Source: a virus. From it: a stretch of 64,000 nt of DNA. Positions 13,001 through 21,718 of this stretch are shown here, piece after piece (position 1 is the stretch's first letter; every line of letters starts with the position of its first letter). The DNA lies in IMG/VR virus record IMGVR_UViG_3300021963_007890, positions 32,001 through 96,000 of that record; one strand, 5' to 3'. The notes beneath the pieces are model-generated. The model saw only the letters and a program-made list of their open reading frames with translations, was not told the DNA's origin and did not search any database. Both the position numbers and the translations under genes were made by a program.

Positions 13001-16000
13001 CGTAGTGGCTGTAGGTGCTGGTGGCCGAGGCGGATTTGGTGGTCAAGCTGGTACTTATAAAGCATCGGGAGGTGGAGGTGGCGGCTTAGGATGGAAGAAC
13101 AATATAACGGTAGTTCCTGGTCAGACCTATCTTGTAGTAGTAGGCGCAGGCGGAAGTATCAGCGCATTATCTGCTGCTGATACAACCAGTCTCGGAGCCA
13201 GTGGAGGTAATAGCTTCTTTATTAGTTCCAGTACTGTTGCTGGTCTCGGTGGTGTTGGAGGTGGATCACCTACTATTACACCTGTAGGTGGGGGTTTTAT
13301 AGGTGATGGTGGTGGAACTGGTGGAACTGGTGGTAGTGGTGGTCAAAATGCTGAAGCAGGTGGAGGTGGTGGTGCTGCCGGTTATACAGGCAACGGGGGA
13401 GATGCTGGAGGATTTGCCTATAGTTCTCCCGGTTCTACGACAGCCACAGCAGGAAGTGGTGGAGGTGGCGGCGGTGGCGATAAAGGAAGCGGTCGTGCTA
13501 ATGGTAGCCCAGGATACGCAGGTGGTGGTGTAGGATTGTTAGGCCTAGGTTCGAACGGCGCAGCAGGATCTAGCGGTGTTGGTGGAGGTGGTAGCGGCGG
13601 CGCTAACGGTGTCTTAGCAACTGATATCGGAGGTACTTATGGTGGGGGTGGCCCAGCAAACAACGGTGCAGGCGGCGGAGGAGCTGTAAGAATTATTTGG
13701 GGAACCAATAGAGGATTTCCATCAACAAGCACAGCCGATGTAAACGCTATAGAATTAGCAACTCCAAAGGCAGGAGATTATATAAAAGTTACCGATGCCG
13801 CAGGAGTTAGTGTTCTAAGTAGAATAAGTTCAGTGGGATTAACTGGTATTAATATCCCTACAGCAGATACAGCTAATTTATCTGGATTACCAACTACTTG
13901 GTCTATGGTATTATGGGATCCAAGTGTTATTCCTCAGTTGCAGGTAAGAACTACTACAGCACCTATAACACCTAGAGAAAGGTTATACTATTCTTTAATA
14001 AGTTCAGGCAAATATGGGAGAAGTTTATCTCTACGTCCTATAGATAGCGTGGTAAGTCCTATTAATCTTATTCCTGCTAAAACAAGAACTGTCACAACCA
14101 GTAGTGGATTAGTTTGGAAATACCAATCATTTAATATCTATGGCACTGATTTAATAAGACAAACAGATTTATCTTGGTATACCACTGAAGGCAATTTATA
14201 CAATTATCAATTTAATACAGGAAGTAATCTTGTTCTATACTTTGGTTCACTGCCTGCGCCTTATAGTGCTATATACTTGACAAATACACATATAAGATTG
14301 AATAACAATCAAGGATATGACCAGGTATTTCCTATATTAACTTCTACGATTGAAACCGTAACCATAAGCAATCCTATAACATTACCGTCAATCAGTTCTT
14401 TGAGAGCTTTCTTCGGTTCGACCGGTACTGTTGAAACATTAGTATGGAATGATCAAGGCATTGTACCAACATTTACTACAATACTGACTAGCTCAATTTA
14501 TCAATCTAAAATCATACTGGCAGAAGGTGGCATAATCAGTTTGCCATCGACATTTAAAACTTCACACAAAGTAATTGACAGTAGCATAATTGTTAATAGA
14601 ACTCAATCTCCTCTAGCTATATTCACTGATACAAGAGCTGGCATCAGCTACAACAGATATTCTGCGGGATATTATAGTGCTCCTGTTGCTCTAAGTTCGT
14701 CAACTTCAGTTACAGGAACTACAACAATATTAAACTTCTTAACGCAGGCTGTAGGGCAGCAAGTTTATACCACACCAGGAACTTATAGTTGGACTGCTCC
14801 TGCTAATGTGTTTTATGTTTCTGCGGTGGCAGTCGGTGCTGGTGGCGCAGGAGGTGTAGGTCGTGCATTTGGAGATAGACAAAGAGGTGGCGGTGGTGGC
14901 GGTGGATTAGGATGGAAGAATATGATTCCAGTTGTTCCTGGACAAAGTTATACCGTGCAGGTTGGTGCTGCTGGAACAGGAACAAGTTCAGCCACTGGAG
15001 CAGGTCCGTTTGGCAATGGAAATCCTGGAGAGGCAAGTTACTTTATAAGCTCTGCTACAGTTGCTGGCTTCGGGGGTACGGGGGCAACCAATGTTAATTT
15101 CGCAGGAGTAGCTGGTGTAGGGGGTGGTTATATAGGAGATGGTGGTGGATTCGGTGGTAACGGTGGAGTTGATGTCACAACTATTTCTGAAGGTAGAGGG
15201 GGTGGAGGTGGTGGTGCTGGAGGTTATGTAGGTAATGGTGGTAGAGGTGGAGATGGTACAAACAGTGCTACACCAGCCACTCAACCGACTAACGGATCAG
15301 GGGGCGGTGGAGCAGGTGGATCTTCTGTTTATGGAACCTTTAATGATAACGGTAACGCACAGGCATCATCAGGTGCAGGCGGCGGTGTGGGTTTACTGGG
15401 GTTAGGCGCAAACGGTATAGCGACACCAAACCAAATTTGGGTTGGAAATCCTGGTAGTTCAGTAGTATTAGGTGGAGGTGGTGGATCTGGAGGAGCACAA
15501 GGTGGTAGTGGACAGACAGCATTTGCCACAGGACTACCTATGCCGGGTGCCGTAGGAGGCGCATATGGTGCTGGAGGTGGTGGAACTGGTGCAGGTGGTA
15601 CACTTTCACCTATCTATACAGGTGGTACAGGTGGAGGTGGTGCTGTTCGATTAATTTGGGGAACTGGTAGAGGATTCCCAAGCTCATATACGGCAGATCA
15701 AACCAGTATAGATTTGACTACATCAATTCAAATCGGTGATTATATAAGAGTGTTAGACAGTGTAGGCAATAGTAGAGTTATAGAAATTAAGGCAATAAGC
15801 ACTACTACAATGAGCGTTGATACTGTAGGTTTAAATGGATTGGTAGGATTACCTGATTCTTGGACTGTTACACCGTGGGATCCAAGCGTTTATCCTCAAT
15901 CCAGTGTTATAATAACAACTAGACCTACCACTCCTAGAGAAAATCTAGCATTACCATTGTTAGCCCCTGGTTTACGATATAATAGAACAATTACCCAGGG

Positions 16001-17453
16001 AATTCAATTCTCTACATCACCGAATGATCCCCCAGTAGGACCTTTAAAATCTAGCATTATTCTAAAATCTCCTACCAACTTGGTAGCAAATACACTGACC
16101 AACTATGTTTTTAAGATTGACAGTGAAAATACAGCTTCAACTATAACCACAGGTTTAGATAATCCCAAAGCCATACTTTACTACACCAATATTGCACCTG
16201 GCATTAGGGGTGGAACCTATTACAACAGCTCTCAGCGAGAAATTTTTGTCACTAGAAGAGATGTAGGTGTTCCTCATTCTTTACCACTGACACCACCTCA
16301 AATCAACACTGATTTGAGAATGAAACTGGTAACTACTACGATTTCGCCTAGTGGCGCTGTTAATAAACAGGTCATCGGAATAAAGCATGTACCTACTCAG
16401 TTTGATAGAGTTGGTAATTTGAAAATGGTTCAGTCTATTAGTGGCGATACTCTACGTTCTACTATAAGTTTTGTCAATCGTCCTAAATTAGCGCCTACAG
16501 GATGGAACAATGTAGAAGTGGTAAGTCGAGGTGTGATTGATAGAAAGTTAACTGTATTAAAGAGCGGAGGAGCTGAAAACTTTGTTTCAGGTAATGTCAA
16601 AGCAGGCATAGAAGTTGTCCCAGATCCTAATAGATACTTTGGCAATCAAAGGATTAGAATAGTACAGTATCTAGCTACACCTTCAACTATAATCCGTCCT
16701 GACATAATTAACATTGCTAAGACTCCTGTTTCAAAGAGCCAGGTATTTGAAGCGCCAATAGCAGCGTCTTTATCTAGACAAATAAGTCAATTAAAAACCG
16801 TTGAGTCAAGCATAAGAATTGTTAGTGATTTAAATTTTGTATCAAAATATATAGCACCTAGTCATTATGCTCCTGTAACACCTATTAATCGAGCAAAACT
16901 ACTAGATCTTGTACAGGTTAGATTTAATGAACAGCGTGGAAAATTAGACGAAATTATAATTTTAAGAACTTTTGATTTAGGTACCCGTGTTGCTCAAATA
17001 CAAAAACCTGTTACCAAATTAATATTCGAGGACAATGATTATTTTAATACTACAGCTAGACTTGCTCCTATACAAAAAGATAAATTTAAATTATTTGATC
17101 TTGATAGAAATCAAGGTCTAATACAAAATCCAGCTGAGTTCATTGATTTAGAAACTATACAATTTGAATATAAAACAGGCAAGATTTTTCAACCGTTTTT
17201 ATCAATTAGAACACCTGTTGATTTAGACGATAAACCTTTTGGTTCGGTGAGTAGAATAGACAAACTAGCTTTACCGGTTAATAATTTTGCTGCAATCGCG
17301 CAGGTTAAGATTGGACAGGAGATAGGTGAAGCTAGTAATGTTAGATTATCAGTTGATGTAAGAGGGCTTATAACCAAGTTTATTGCTAGTAAATCAGGCA
17401 TTTTACATGATCCATCTACTCGCAGAGCACCACCTATTCAATTTTGGAATTGA
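4038..17453 (+). CDS. Giant (4471 aa) virion fibre/structural protein: about 15 internal repeats, a LamG/concanavalin-A-like domain and two Gly-rich domains
   Basis: Single ORF with recurring 'I(T/Y)G...S....YI.E.N' units. LamG-like motifs (EAWIN...WYHVAGQFDGTQIKIYING...FKGLIYQARI) near 7.8-8.4 kb. Gly-rich 'FTTPGTY.WTAP..V..VS.VAVGAGG' domains at about 12.9 and 14.8 kb. Confidence 0.75.
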   Translation: MPATVFPATGYSVRISATDDITSNAAAWYLNDLNQLTTTVNTATNKTFYFENDVATIGTFTEVRIYTSSTVQVNYDLTTYNIISNDESTSNFIPYYTNELNLLTSIRNSPQIRTFFINNYNNINLGNFVRVRITGPLYSEEIDVIRKTNTSFTIALPSNWPANSTGFTVSLGRYDFVPTNPYSQVISVTSSTSRSFNLTKPVGFPEVGAAIYAIIPSGAYSISDPVGVNARLDSASLNKNIGKINQPVGINPTLSIFKGIKVELKNDQTKNTFASTKVPLIVKDPTIIPSRQITVSTSSIIQYIDYPIRITGSDLARNFDLSWYIKDENTLSLILSTSNSVTYSFVNPNDPFRLGTYTKAKLIGQSYEKVIDVVTNTNNSITVLKLPEFPLLSQLSVYLGNPIVVTNTTLTDSNQVPVIRQFKSPAVESKSNLPSALINKSGIKIAGENTRFRSEQIRQQSLLREPITVPARTVTYTNFTNTVYSDLIRVTGRSGITSNASTYYVFESNQLIVTRTTSNFVTLFFVNPNNNQSIGPVSTVRLLGPRFEATVSVQSYTNDSVTIADIFKFYDIQSQNPFGDLFIRLGVNFVDRTVGYTNTNQIGQINLFKTNAITGVSHSLSVPKLTSSIVLRDTRIRFTHTDFRTVSKVIGESRIFRIEQTQKTQIQIKEPIVLPSRTITSSTFTTTIFSDLIRITGNTGISNNFNNYYIYENNQITFTRSTSSSVTLFFNNNNQNFGNILIARLISPAFDITINVQSYTNNSITVANIFGFGDSQSQNTINDLYVRLGINFLDKTSTLSDAGRVALINPLKIPVALSSRVDQVGKTKLKDSNFSTIEIPRVSTYKNVTSLRDTISYTPQPISIPASTATIYSPLIDITGKVESTSSFISYYINEENSFRTFTTTTSTITLLYSGFNVWTPNPTVIKLFAYQTIDNIESLRYETTLPILAITSQSVTINWVRDNYKLRAQLGRTISFSSGTYANYYTSGLAVANITTPNYRATSQQVFSIGTSGKLQTQSPKLSTSITPLAVSRFKQEIVIKGEGRTFAQRSTIVTTSTNLILDPFPIYIYGNSLTTSTAVKWYYNEENILGTFNSTSTLITLYFGVLPIYQQSTAPFIKLFAPNGGFENIYPVVTSTIDSVTIQSIGIFPSISGMYFNWARTRQTETYRYSDVGHTPQLNSQTFRQFQDPNTNKIYSSFTSTEQGWVVYDRRVTDIAYVGTSTELILNAPIIIPEQGTFAKIQYVNSNYYESVVNRRAIRFNGSDTSIQFSASTVIGIPQTTRTPIMAEAWINLDAAEGCIIMSEEYSGGADPINLTLAVGGSAPTSPGTQVWFGFYDGVSWTYALTNKSLLAGQWYHVAGQFDGTQIKIYINGYQDGTVVTPAGGWHQPGAITSFFIGRRWDTFPGDGQRPFFKGLIYQARIVMGQLVYTKDFVPPLNTRVGENSGGTRFLACSVPISQPQLYVEFPRTGNYTVNGAIRADAATIPPRYVYDAYPEEIYEINSATSTRIYLKGNIAYRPIVNTEYLRDNLFDRPINRFDIYFLGISKNYPVIKSSSTNVTTSITIGSLRQSIPKLAYGIEIPQVGKAASIPKLRETLGFFSKSISSITSSTQLVFNPTPLPVYGITRSTSTFVSYYINETNTIQVLPVGSAFTTLYLGNNPEYFRVLGTVIRIVNPNVGYDRQFNIVSSTLETVTIAFANDLPSVSGMLLYYGSVQTSYPSVNYTDSNMVGKISKNTVGASFIEIRPDQAGAVKQSILVKSDNIRFTQSQLEKKFTQLRGGIEVPKTQRLSTVTKVGDPGIYQNPTYTVSTSSELLFYNTVNITGRLASTSSFITYYTYENNTIRTFTTSSVQKVFYLSEYVRTDLGLSHIRLQNYRFDSGVDNLIFDRIFPITSLSSSSVTFNFVGDLPEGSYRGSLGRYITSYNQIFSGTNSVSLLGIYRTPVVGSYQTPGISQIEKRLIVLRDFVPSISTGMMGQSTKIKLAGDRSYSNPIVISTSNSSLLFLDPVNISGRSGTTSNFVTVYIREEEIVRTFASTSANITLYFDRPIQVTGDYTVARLTNFVDYNYTATIVSVTNQSVTIVNPNAPIIPNSGITVYLGKIWPGEQFRRITYDSALQIPGINRFRMPNTLPSVGMSTIEIPSGIGKLTTATPLRYISNINRFTINQIRVVTSLRSEKNAEPQRTRTVTTASSISYDPYAYRIYGTNLSTSTAVKWYYNEENILTTFFTTSTTLILNLGILPLSLQAQSRNTHIKLTNGIGYDEQFTITNYTAETVSINMPINLPSISSLTLYFGSLRSFETVVWSDNSQIAKFNYKWTNWFSQNQQDRGVLSRQVVSLKSVIDQTKLSLIQKPVNYLKSSIEVPNTAKVTAPIIIKEVGRYTPRTISITTAQNILYVGPFDATGRIGSTSSFVTNYIFDTELLTTSIYTGSIVTLFFSNYYAQPSEGFNTVRVQGINGLQEAVDFDLTLPITTLTNYSVSFNIKGLPFSSRYKIFLGRPIVTTSVSVSDSNRVESINRVKNYQGFSAVETPRISQLNKSSIVVKDFTNNIRLGQAKSLTKIAGDRSYSVSTSTIVFSTQTIYQDPVPITGINRSQTNFVQTYINDQDLVNISYNTSSIITLFLAQGIQYTGQATTVKIVRYSSGSYVNNRFTITNTEFESDYPIISYSTNTITINAGLNSFIDYLRPLAAYVGQPFTTSSAIRYTNTSTLAVAVAGYKPTIGITGFAISTITAKVSSGLVIKGLPSSLKVENFKPKSTAVVKSFADNIKTGRAVTIPTVRDGYYPNLTSRTRTVTTNTTIVYDAQIFRIYGTNLSTSTFVNNYIFENDIVTTYTQSTSTITLFVGSLPIIAPAQGLYVRITDLGSFNTVTQVLSRGSGHVVINTPDNLPSISNLYLYLGAMTNVETIAYSDTNYTELNLFNDITAGIAYRKDQITYPTFVPRAYSFTGTTTALTLGFSYLQGQQSFTTPGTYYWTAPPGVTQVSVVAVGAGGRGGFGGQAGTYKASGGGGGGLGWKNNITVVPGQTYLVVVGAGGSISALSAADTTSLGASGGNSFFISSSTVAGLGGVGGGSPTITPVGGGFIGDGGGTGGTGGSGGQNAEAGGGGGAAGYTGNGGDAGGFAYSSPGSTTATAGSGGGGGGGDKGSGRANGSPGYAGGGVGLLGLGSNGAAGSSGVGGGGSGGANGVLATDIGGTYGGGGPANNGAGGGGAVRIIWGTNRGFPSTSTADVNAIELATPKAGDYIKVTDAAGVSVLSRISSVGLTGINIPTADTANLSGLPTTWSMVLWDPSVIPQLQVRTTTAPITPRERLYYSLISSGKYGRSLSLRPIDSVVSPINLIPAKTRTVTTSSGLVWKYQSFNIYGTDLIRQTDLSWYTTEGNLYNYQFNTGSNLVLYFGSLPAPYSAIYLTNTHIRLNNNQGYDQVFPILTSTIETVTISNPITLPSISSLRAFFGSTGTVETLVWNDQGIVPTFTTILTSSIYQSKIILAEGGIISLPSTFKTSHKVIDSSIIVNRTQSPLAIFTDTRAGISYNRYSAGYYSAPVALSSSTSVTGTTTILNFLTQAVGQQVYTTPGTYSWTAPANVFYVSAVAVGAGGAGGVGRAFGDRQRGGGGGGGLGWKNMIPVVPGQSYTVQVGAAGTGTSSATGAGPFGNGNPGEASYFISSATVAGFGGTGATNVNFAGVAGVGGGYIGDGGGFGGNGGVDVTTISEGRGGGGGGAGGYVGNGGRGGDGTNSATPATQPTNGSGGGGAGGSSVYGTFNDNGNAQASSGAGGGVGLLGLGANGIATPNQIWVGNPGSSVVLGGGGGSGGAQGGSGQTAFATGLPMPGAVGGAYGAGGGGTGAGGTLSPIYTGGTGGGGAVRLIWGTGRGFPSSYTADQTSIDLTTSIQIGDYIRVLDSVGNSRVIEIKAISTTTMSVDTVGLNGLVGLPDSWTVTPWDPSVYPQSSVIITTRPTTPRENLALPLLAPGLRYNRTITQGIQFSTSPNDPPVGPLKSSIILKSPTNLVANTLTNYVFKIDSENTASTITTGLDNPKAILYYTNIAPGIRGGTYYNSSQREIFVTRRDVGVPHSLPLTPPQINTDLRMKLVTTTISPSGAVNKQVIGIKHVPTQFDRVGNLKMVQSISGDTLRSTISFVNRPKLAPTGWNNVEVVSRGVIDRKLTVLKSGGAENFVSGNVKAGIEVVPDPNRYFGNQRIRIVQYLATPSTIIRPDIINIAKTPVSKSQVFEAPIAASLSRQISQLKTVESSIRIVSDLNFVSKYIAPSHYAPVTPINRAKLLDLVQVRFNEQRGKLDEIIILRTFDLGTRVAQIQKPVTKLIFEDNDYFNTTARLAPIQKDKFKLFDLDRNQGLIQNPAEFIDLETIQFEYKTGKIFQPFLSIRTPVDLDDKPFGSVSRIDKLALPVNNFAAIAQVKIGQEIGEASNVRLSVDVRGLITKFIASKSGILHDPSTRRAPPIQFWN

Positions 17454-17510
17454 TTACTCTCTTTAGAATTTTTGCTAAATAAAAGCATCTATATTTGAGA
17501 GGATTACAAA

Positions 17511-17765
17511 ATGTTTGAAACTCTAAATGCTGCATTTCCTAATCATACACATTTTTATGTGGTAAACGGATTGAGCATGGCAGATGCATTGGATAGGTGC
17601 GCTAGAATGACAGGTGATGATGGTCAGGTTTTTAATTATCAAAATCAAATTATTTTTGCTGTAAAACACGCTTTAGATACTGCTTTGATCCCTTGGCTAG
17701 ATCCGGTTCAAGGTTCGCCCGTTGATGTAACACCCAATGATCCAGCTCAAGATCAACCAGAATAA
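17511..17765 (+). CDS. Hypothetical protein
   Basis: 84-aa ORF with SD GAGGA and an upstream TAAATA. Confidence 0.65.
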   Translation: MFETLNAAFPNHTHFYVVNGLSMADALDRCARMTGDDGQVFNYQNQIIFAVKHALDTALIPWLDPVQGSPVDVTPNDPAQDQPE

Positions 17766-17784
17766 AGAATCTTAGGAGTCTCTA

Positions 17785-20700
17785 ATGGCTAAACGAATTA
17801 TTCAAGAAAATTATACCTTTACACCCGGTTCAAGAACCTTTGTCATAAGCAATAGGTTTTTGCGTAGGGAACAATTGTTATTAATTACCAATGTCACAAC
17901 TGGTGTTGTAATTTATAACTTTTCAGATACAGTTCTTACTCTGTCTAGTTTCAGTTCTACCGTTGTTAACAATGTAGAAACTACAACCATTCAGGTAACT
18001 GCACCTGCTGCTTCTTCAATGAACGCTAATGATAAGTTTGCGATCTTAATTGAAGAAACCAATGAAACTTTGCAGCCAGCAGAGGTTTATATTGACCCTG
18101 TCCAGAAAATGCGTGTATCTACACCACAGAGTTTGATTGATACAGACTTTGAATATGGAATTCAGCCAACAAAGTGGGAAACTCTAAATTTGATGAATAA
18201 TAGGCCTAGTGGGTTTTATGATCCAACAAGTCCGTTACCTTTAACTGCCATCGCAGGTGCAGGAACTAGGTTAGTCACTGTTACAATGACCAACACCAAT
18301 GGTGTGCTCACAGGGAACCCAATTTATATTCAGGATACCACTGATCCAGCTGCTAACGGTTATTTTATTATTAACAGCACTAGCACAACACAGTTTACCT
18401 ATTATGCAAGTAGTACAGTAACTAATGCTAGTATTTTCGATGCTACAAAAACCTATATATTCCATGCTATCCCTTATACTGGTGCAAGTATTGCTCTTGC
18501 GGTAGGCGCTAATAACGCTTTTGTTAGAACAGCGCTTAACGAAGTAACCTGTTTTACCAAAGATAATCATGGATTATCAGTCGGTGATGCTATCTTTGTT
18601 ACTGGAACAACAGCGGCAACTTCTAATCCACCAAATGGTTCTTGGTTTGTTCGTAGAACCCCTGATAGCAATCGTTTTGTATTTGATACTGTTTTAGATC
18701 CAAGTGGCGCCATATCAGCCCAGGGCGGAGGTACAGGTTTAACATTGAATACCACAGTTGATGCAGCAGGTAGAATTGTAGGCTTAGTAGTTAACGCGGC
18801 AGGTTCAAATTATGCTGTTGGTGACATCGTCAGTATCTCAGGCGGAGATGGTAATGGTAGAGCCAAGGTTACTGCTATTATTCCTGTAGATTCTACAACT
18901 AACGGTAGAAGTCTAATAGGTGCTGTAAATGGCATACAGGTAAACAGAGCAGGACTTACATATACATCTGCTTCAGGAGTTGCTACAACTATTCAATTCA
19001 GCGGTGGTAGCCTTTATGTTCGCCCATGGGGCAGTGCTATACATAGACCATTCGATGGTGGTGTTTACTTTACAGCTGGTGTACCTTATCATGGTAATCA
19101 ATTGATTAGACAGACTCGTAGATATTTCCGCTATCAATCTGGTAAGGGCATACAGTTTTCGACTGGTTCTAATATGTGCTCACCATTTATTGTTGACAGT
19201 TTAACAGCAGTTGGATCAACAATTACAGTGACTACAAAATTCCCTCATAATTTATTCACTGGCGCTAATATACGTGTAAGTAACGCAGACCAAAGCACCT
19301 ATAATGGTGTGTTTAATGTTACATCTGTTCCTAGTCCTCTAACATTTACCTATACAGCAAGTGGAACCCCTGCTGTGAGTCCTGCCACAGGTTTAGGTAT
19401 CACGGTTCAACCAAACACATGGTTTGGAGCAACAATACGCTTAGGTATGTTTGACAGTCAGAATGGTTTTTACTTTGAATATGATGGTCAGGGCTTATTT
19501 GCTTGCAGAAGATCAAGCACTAGTCAATTGGCTGGATATATCAGCTCTTTAGGAACAGGAGAACAGGCTGTAACTGGAATTAATACTAGATGGTCTACTC
19601 AATTAAGTCCTGGAGATTTTGTTGTAATTAGAGGGATGAGTTATACTGTGGTAAGTATAGAAAGTGATCTTGCTATGACTATCTATCCAGATTATCGTGG
19701 AACGGCCATTGTACCACCTACCCAGTTAATCATATCCAGAACTGATACACTACGTATTCCTCAGAGCTCTTGGAATATTGATAAGATGGATGGAACAGGC
19801 GATAGCGGGTTCACCCTTGATATCAATAAGATGCAGATGTGGTATATTGACTATACCTGGTATGGAGCTGGTTCGATTCGTTGGGGTTTTAGAACACAGC
19901 GTGGAACAGTAGTTTATGCTCATAGATTAGCTCACGGAAATGCTCAAACTGAAGCTTATATGCGTTCAGGTAATTTACCAGCTCGTTATGAAGTTAGTAC
20001 TATTGCTCCGTTTACAAAACTCACAGCTACTCTAACTAATCTAACTACAGCTTCAATGGATGTAGCCAGCACTGTTGGATTTCCTACTACAGGAACAGTG
20101 GTAATTTCAGCACCAGGAAATACTGGTGCTGTGATTGAATACATTAGTTATAGTGGTAAAACAGCAACGCAACTTCAAAACCTAGTAAGAGCTGTAACGA
20201 CCTTAACTGGACCTGCTGGATTAACGTTAGGTGGTGGAACAAGCACTACGGCTACATTTGTTGTAACTGCTACATCTTTCCCATCGGTGAGCTACTTTAG
20301 TCCACAATGTAGTAATACAATTAGCCATTGGGGATCATCTGTAATGATGGACGGTAGGTTTGATGATGATAAATCTCTTGTGTTTATTGCTGGAATGAGC
20401 ACAGCCTACTCAAATATTGGTAACGGTGTCACTGTACCTCTATTAAGTATTCGTGTATCGCCAAGTGTAGATAGTGGTTTAACAGGGGTCATTGGCGCCA
20501 GAGAACTTATCAATAGAATGCAATTAATTCTTCGTTCAACAGGAATTCAGACATCAGGAACAAACTTCTTTATCACAGGGCGCCTAAATGCTAGGGTGGC
20601 AGGCGGCACAGCAACTTTCTTCGGTGCTGCTGGTGGATCGAGCCTAGCTCAGGTAAATTATCACGCAAGTAATAATAGTATATTTGGTGGTGAAGTTTGT

Positions 20701-20925
20701 TTCGGAGCATTTACTACTCCTGGTGTTAACGTTCTTGATCTTTCAGTTGTACGTGATCTGGGAAATAGTATACTAGGTGGCGGTGCTACATTAGCTATGC
20801 CAGCTAGTGATAACAATAAATATCCAGATGGTCCTGATATTCTAACTTTGGCAGCTACTCAAACTGGTGGTGTTACAACTAATACTATTATTGCACGTAT
20901 TGGTTGGACAGAAGCACAGGCCTAA
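17785..20925 (+). CDS. Virion structural protein (baseplate/tail-associated)
   Basis: 1046 aa, beta/Thr-rich. Contains 'HGLSVGDAI.VTG', 'GSNYAVGDIVSISGG' and 'RQTRRYFRYQSGKG' motifs typical of large myovirus structural proteins. Confidence 0.65.
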   Translation: MAKRIIQENYTFTPGSRTFVISNRFLRREQLLLITNVTTGVVIYNFSDTVLTLSSFSSTVVNNVETTTIQVTAPAASSMNANDKFAILIEETNETLQPAEVYIDPVQKMRVSTPQSLIDTDFEYGIQPTKWETLNLMNNRPSGFYDPTSPLPLTAIAGAGTRLVTVTMTNTNGVLTGNPIYIQDTTDPAANGYFIINSTSTTQFTYYASSTVTNASIFDATKTYIFHAIPYTGASIALAVGANNAFVRTALNEVTCFTKDNHGLSVGDAIFVTGTTAATSNPPNGSWFVRRTPDSNRFVFDTVLDPSGAISAQGGGTGLTLNTTVDAAGRIVGLVVNAAGSNYAVGDIVSISGGDGNGRAKVTAIIPVDSTTNGRSLIGAVNGIQVNRAGLTYTSASGVATTIQFSGGSLYVRPWGSAIHRPFDGGVYFTAGVPYHGNQLIRQTRRYFRYQSGKGIQFSTGSNMCSPFIVDSLTAVGSTITVTTKFPHNLFTGANIRVSNADQSTYNGVFNVTSVPSPLTFTYTASGTPAVSPATGLGITVQPNTWFGATIRLGMFDSQNGFYFEYDGQGLFACRRSSTSQLAGYISSLGTGEQAVTGINTRWSTQLSPGDFVVIRGMSYTVVSIESDLAMTIYPDYRGTAIVPPTQLIISRTDTLRIPQSSWNIDKMDGTGDSGFTLDINKMQMWYIDYTWYGAGSIRWGFRTQRGTVVYAHRLAHGNAQTEAYMRSGNLPARYEVSTIAPFTKLTATLTNLTTASMDVASTVGFPTTGTVVISAPGNTGAVIEYISYSGKTATQLQNLVRAVTTLTGPAGLTLGGGTSTTATFVVTATSFPSVSYFSPQCSNTISHWGSSVMMDGRFDDDKSLVFIAGMSTAYSNIGNGVTVPLLSIRVSPSVDSGLTGVIGARELINRMQLILRSTGIQTSGTNFFITGRLNARVAGGTATFFGAAGGSSLAQVNYHASNNSIFGGEVCFGAFTTPGVNVLDLSVVRDLGNSILGGGATLAMPASDNNKYPDGPDILTLAATQTGGVTTNTIIARIGWTEAQA

Positions 20926-20930
20926 AACAA

Positions 20931-20953
20931 AGTGGGGGATAAATTCCCCCACT
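20931..20953 (+). promoter_or_regulatory. GC-rich hairpin AGTGGGGGA-taaat-TCCCCCACT (no U-tract)
   Basis: 9-bp inverted repeat right after the 20925 stop. A near-identical copy lies at 46767-46785. Confidence 0.6.
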
Positions 20954-21028
20954 ATCCTCAAAATATCATACACTTTACAACAAGTTCTTAAATACTTTAC
21001 TTCACGTAGGGTATAGTTTAATTTGGAC

Positions 21029-21718
21029 ATGATAGTTGAAAACTCAGTTTGGGATAGTCTAATAGATATTCAGCGTTACCTTGAAAATGCATTTTCAAGA
21101 TCTGGTCATGAAATAGAAGAGCCTGGAATGTCTCAGTTTAATCAGCCAGGATGGGTGAATAGAGTGTGGACAAGCGACATTTATCGAAGAGCTCATGTTG
21201 ATGTAGTTGATGCTAGACAGAAAAAAGGTCTATGGATGATGCATTGCTGTATATTTCCACATATTCACAATCCTGCTCCTATCTATGGGTTTGACGTTGT
21301 GGCAGGTAAAAATAAAATTACAGGCTGTTTCCATGACTTTTCATCGGCAGGAGATACCAATCATACTATGATAAAATGGTTTGCCGAACAGACAAAAGGA
21401 TTAGAGTGGAAAAAAGAAAGAGCATTACCTGAATGGGCACAAAATATTTTTAGCAATAATATGATAGCCGCAGGTAATGTACATAATGACATTGAACTTG
21501 AAACTATTGTTCAATTAACAAAAATTACACTAGATTATTATCTAAAACATGTAGGAAATAGTAATAATACACATGAAAATACTTCAAAATTTCAAAATTT
21601 TTACTGTTTTAATCAAAAGAGAAATCCACACACTTCTAAAGTAATGACCAGTCTAGGACTAGAGGAAGAGGACGTCCGTATTTTTATCCAAGATTGTTTG
21701 TTTCCTGAAATTCAATAA
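21029..21718 (+). CDS. pcyX: Ferredoxin-dependent bilin reductase, PcyX-like (copy 1)
   Basis: RRAHVDVVD, LWMMHCCIFP, PIYGFDVVAG, GCFHDFS, RALPEWAQNIFS, QKRNPHT motifs of the PcyA/PcyX family. ATG at 21029 preferred over TTG at 21023. Confidence 0.85.
   Translation: MIVENSVWDSLIDIQRYLENAFSRSGHEIEEPGMSQFNQPGWVNRVWTSDIYRRAHVDVVDARQKKGLWMMHCCIFPHIHNPAPIYGFDVVAGKNKITGCFHDFSSAGDTNHTMIKWFAEQTKGLEWKKERALPEWAQNIFSNNMIAAGNVHNDIELETIVQLTKITLDYYLKHVGNSNNTHENTSKFQNFYCFNQKRNPHTSKVMTSLGLEEEDVRIFIQDCLFPEIQ

Noticed and set aside
12930-15700. Duplicated Gly-rich blocks as DGR template/variable repeats
   Set aside because: Divergence is general rather than adenine-specific, both copies are coding, and no reverse transcriptase is present in the window.
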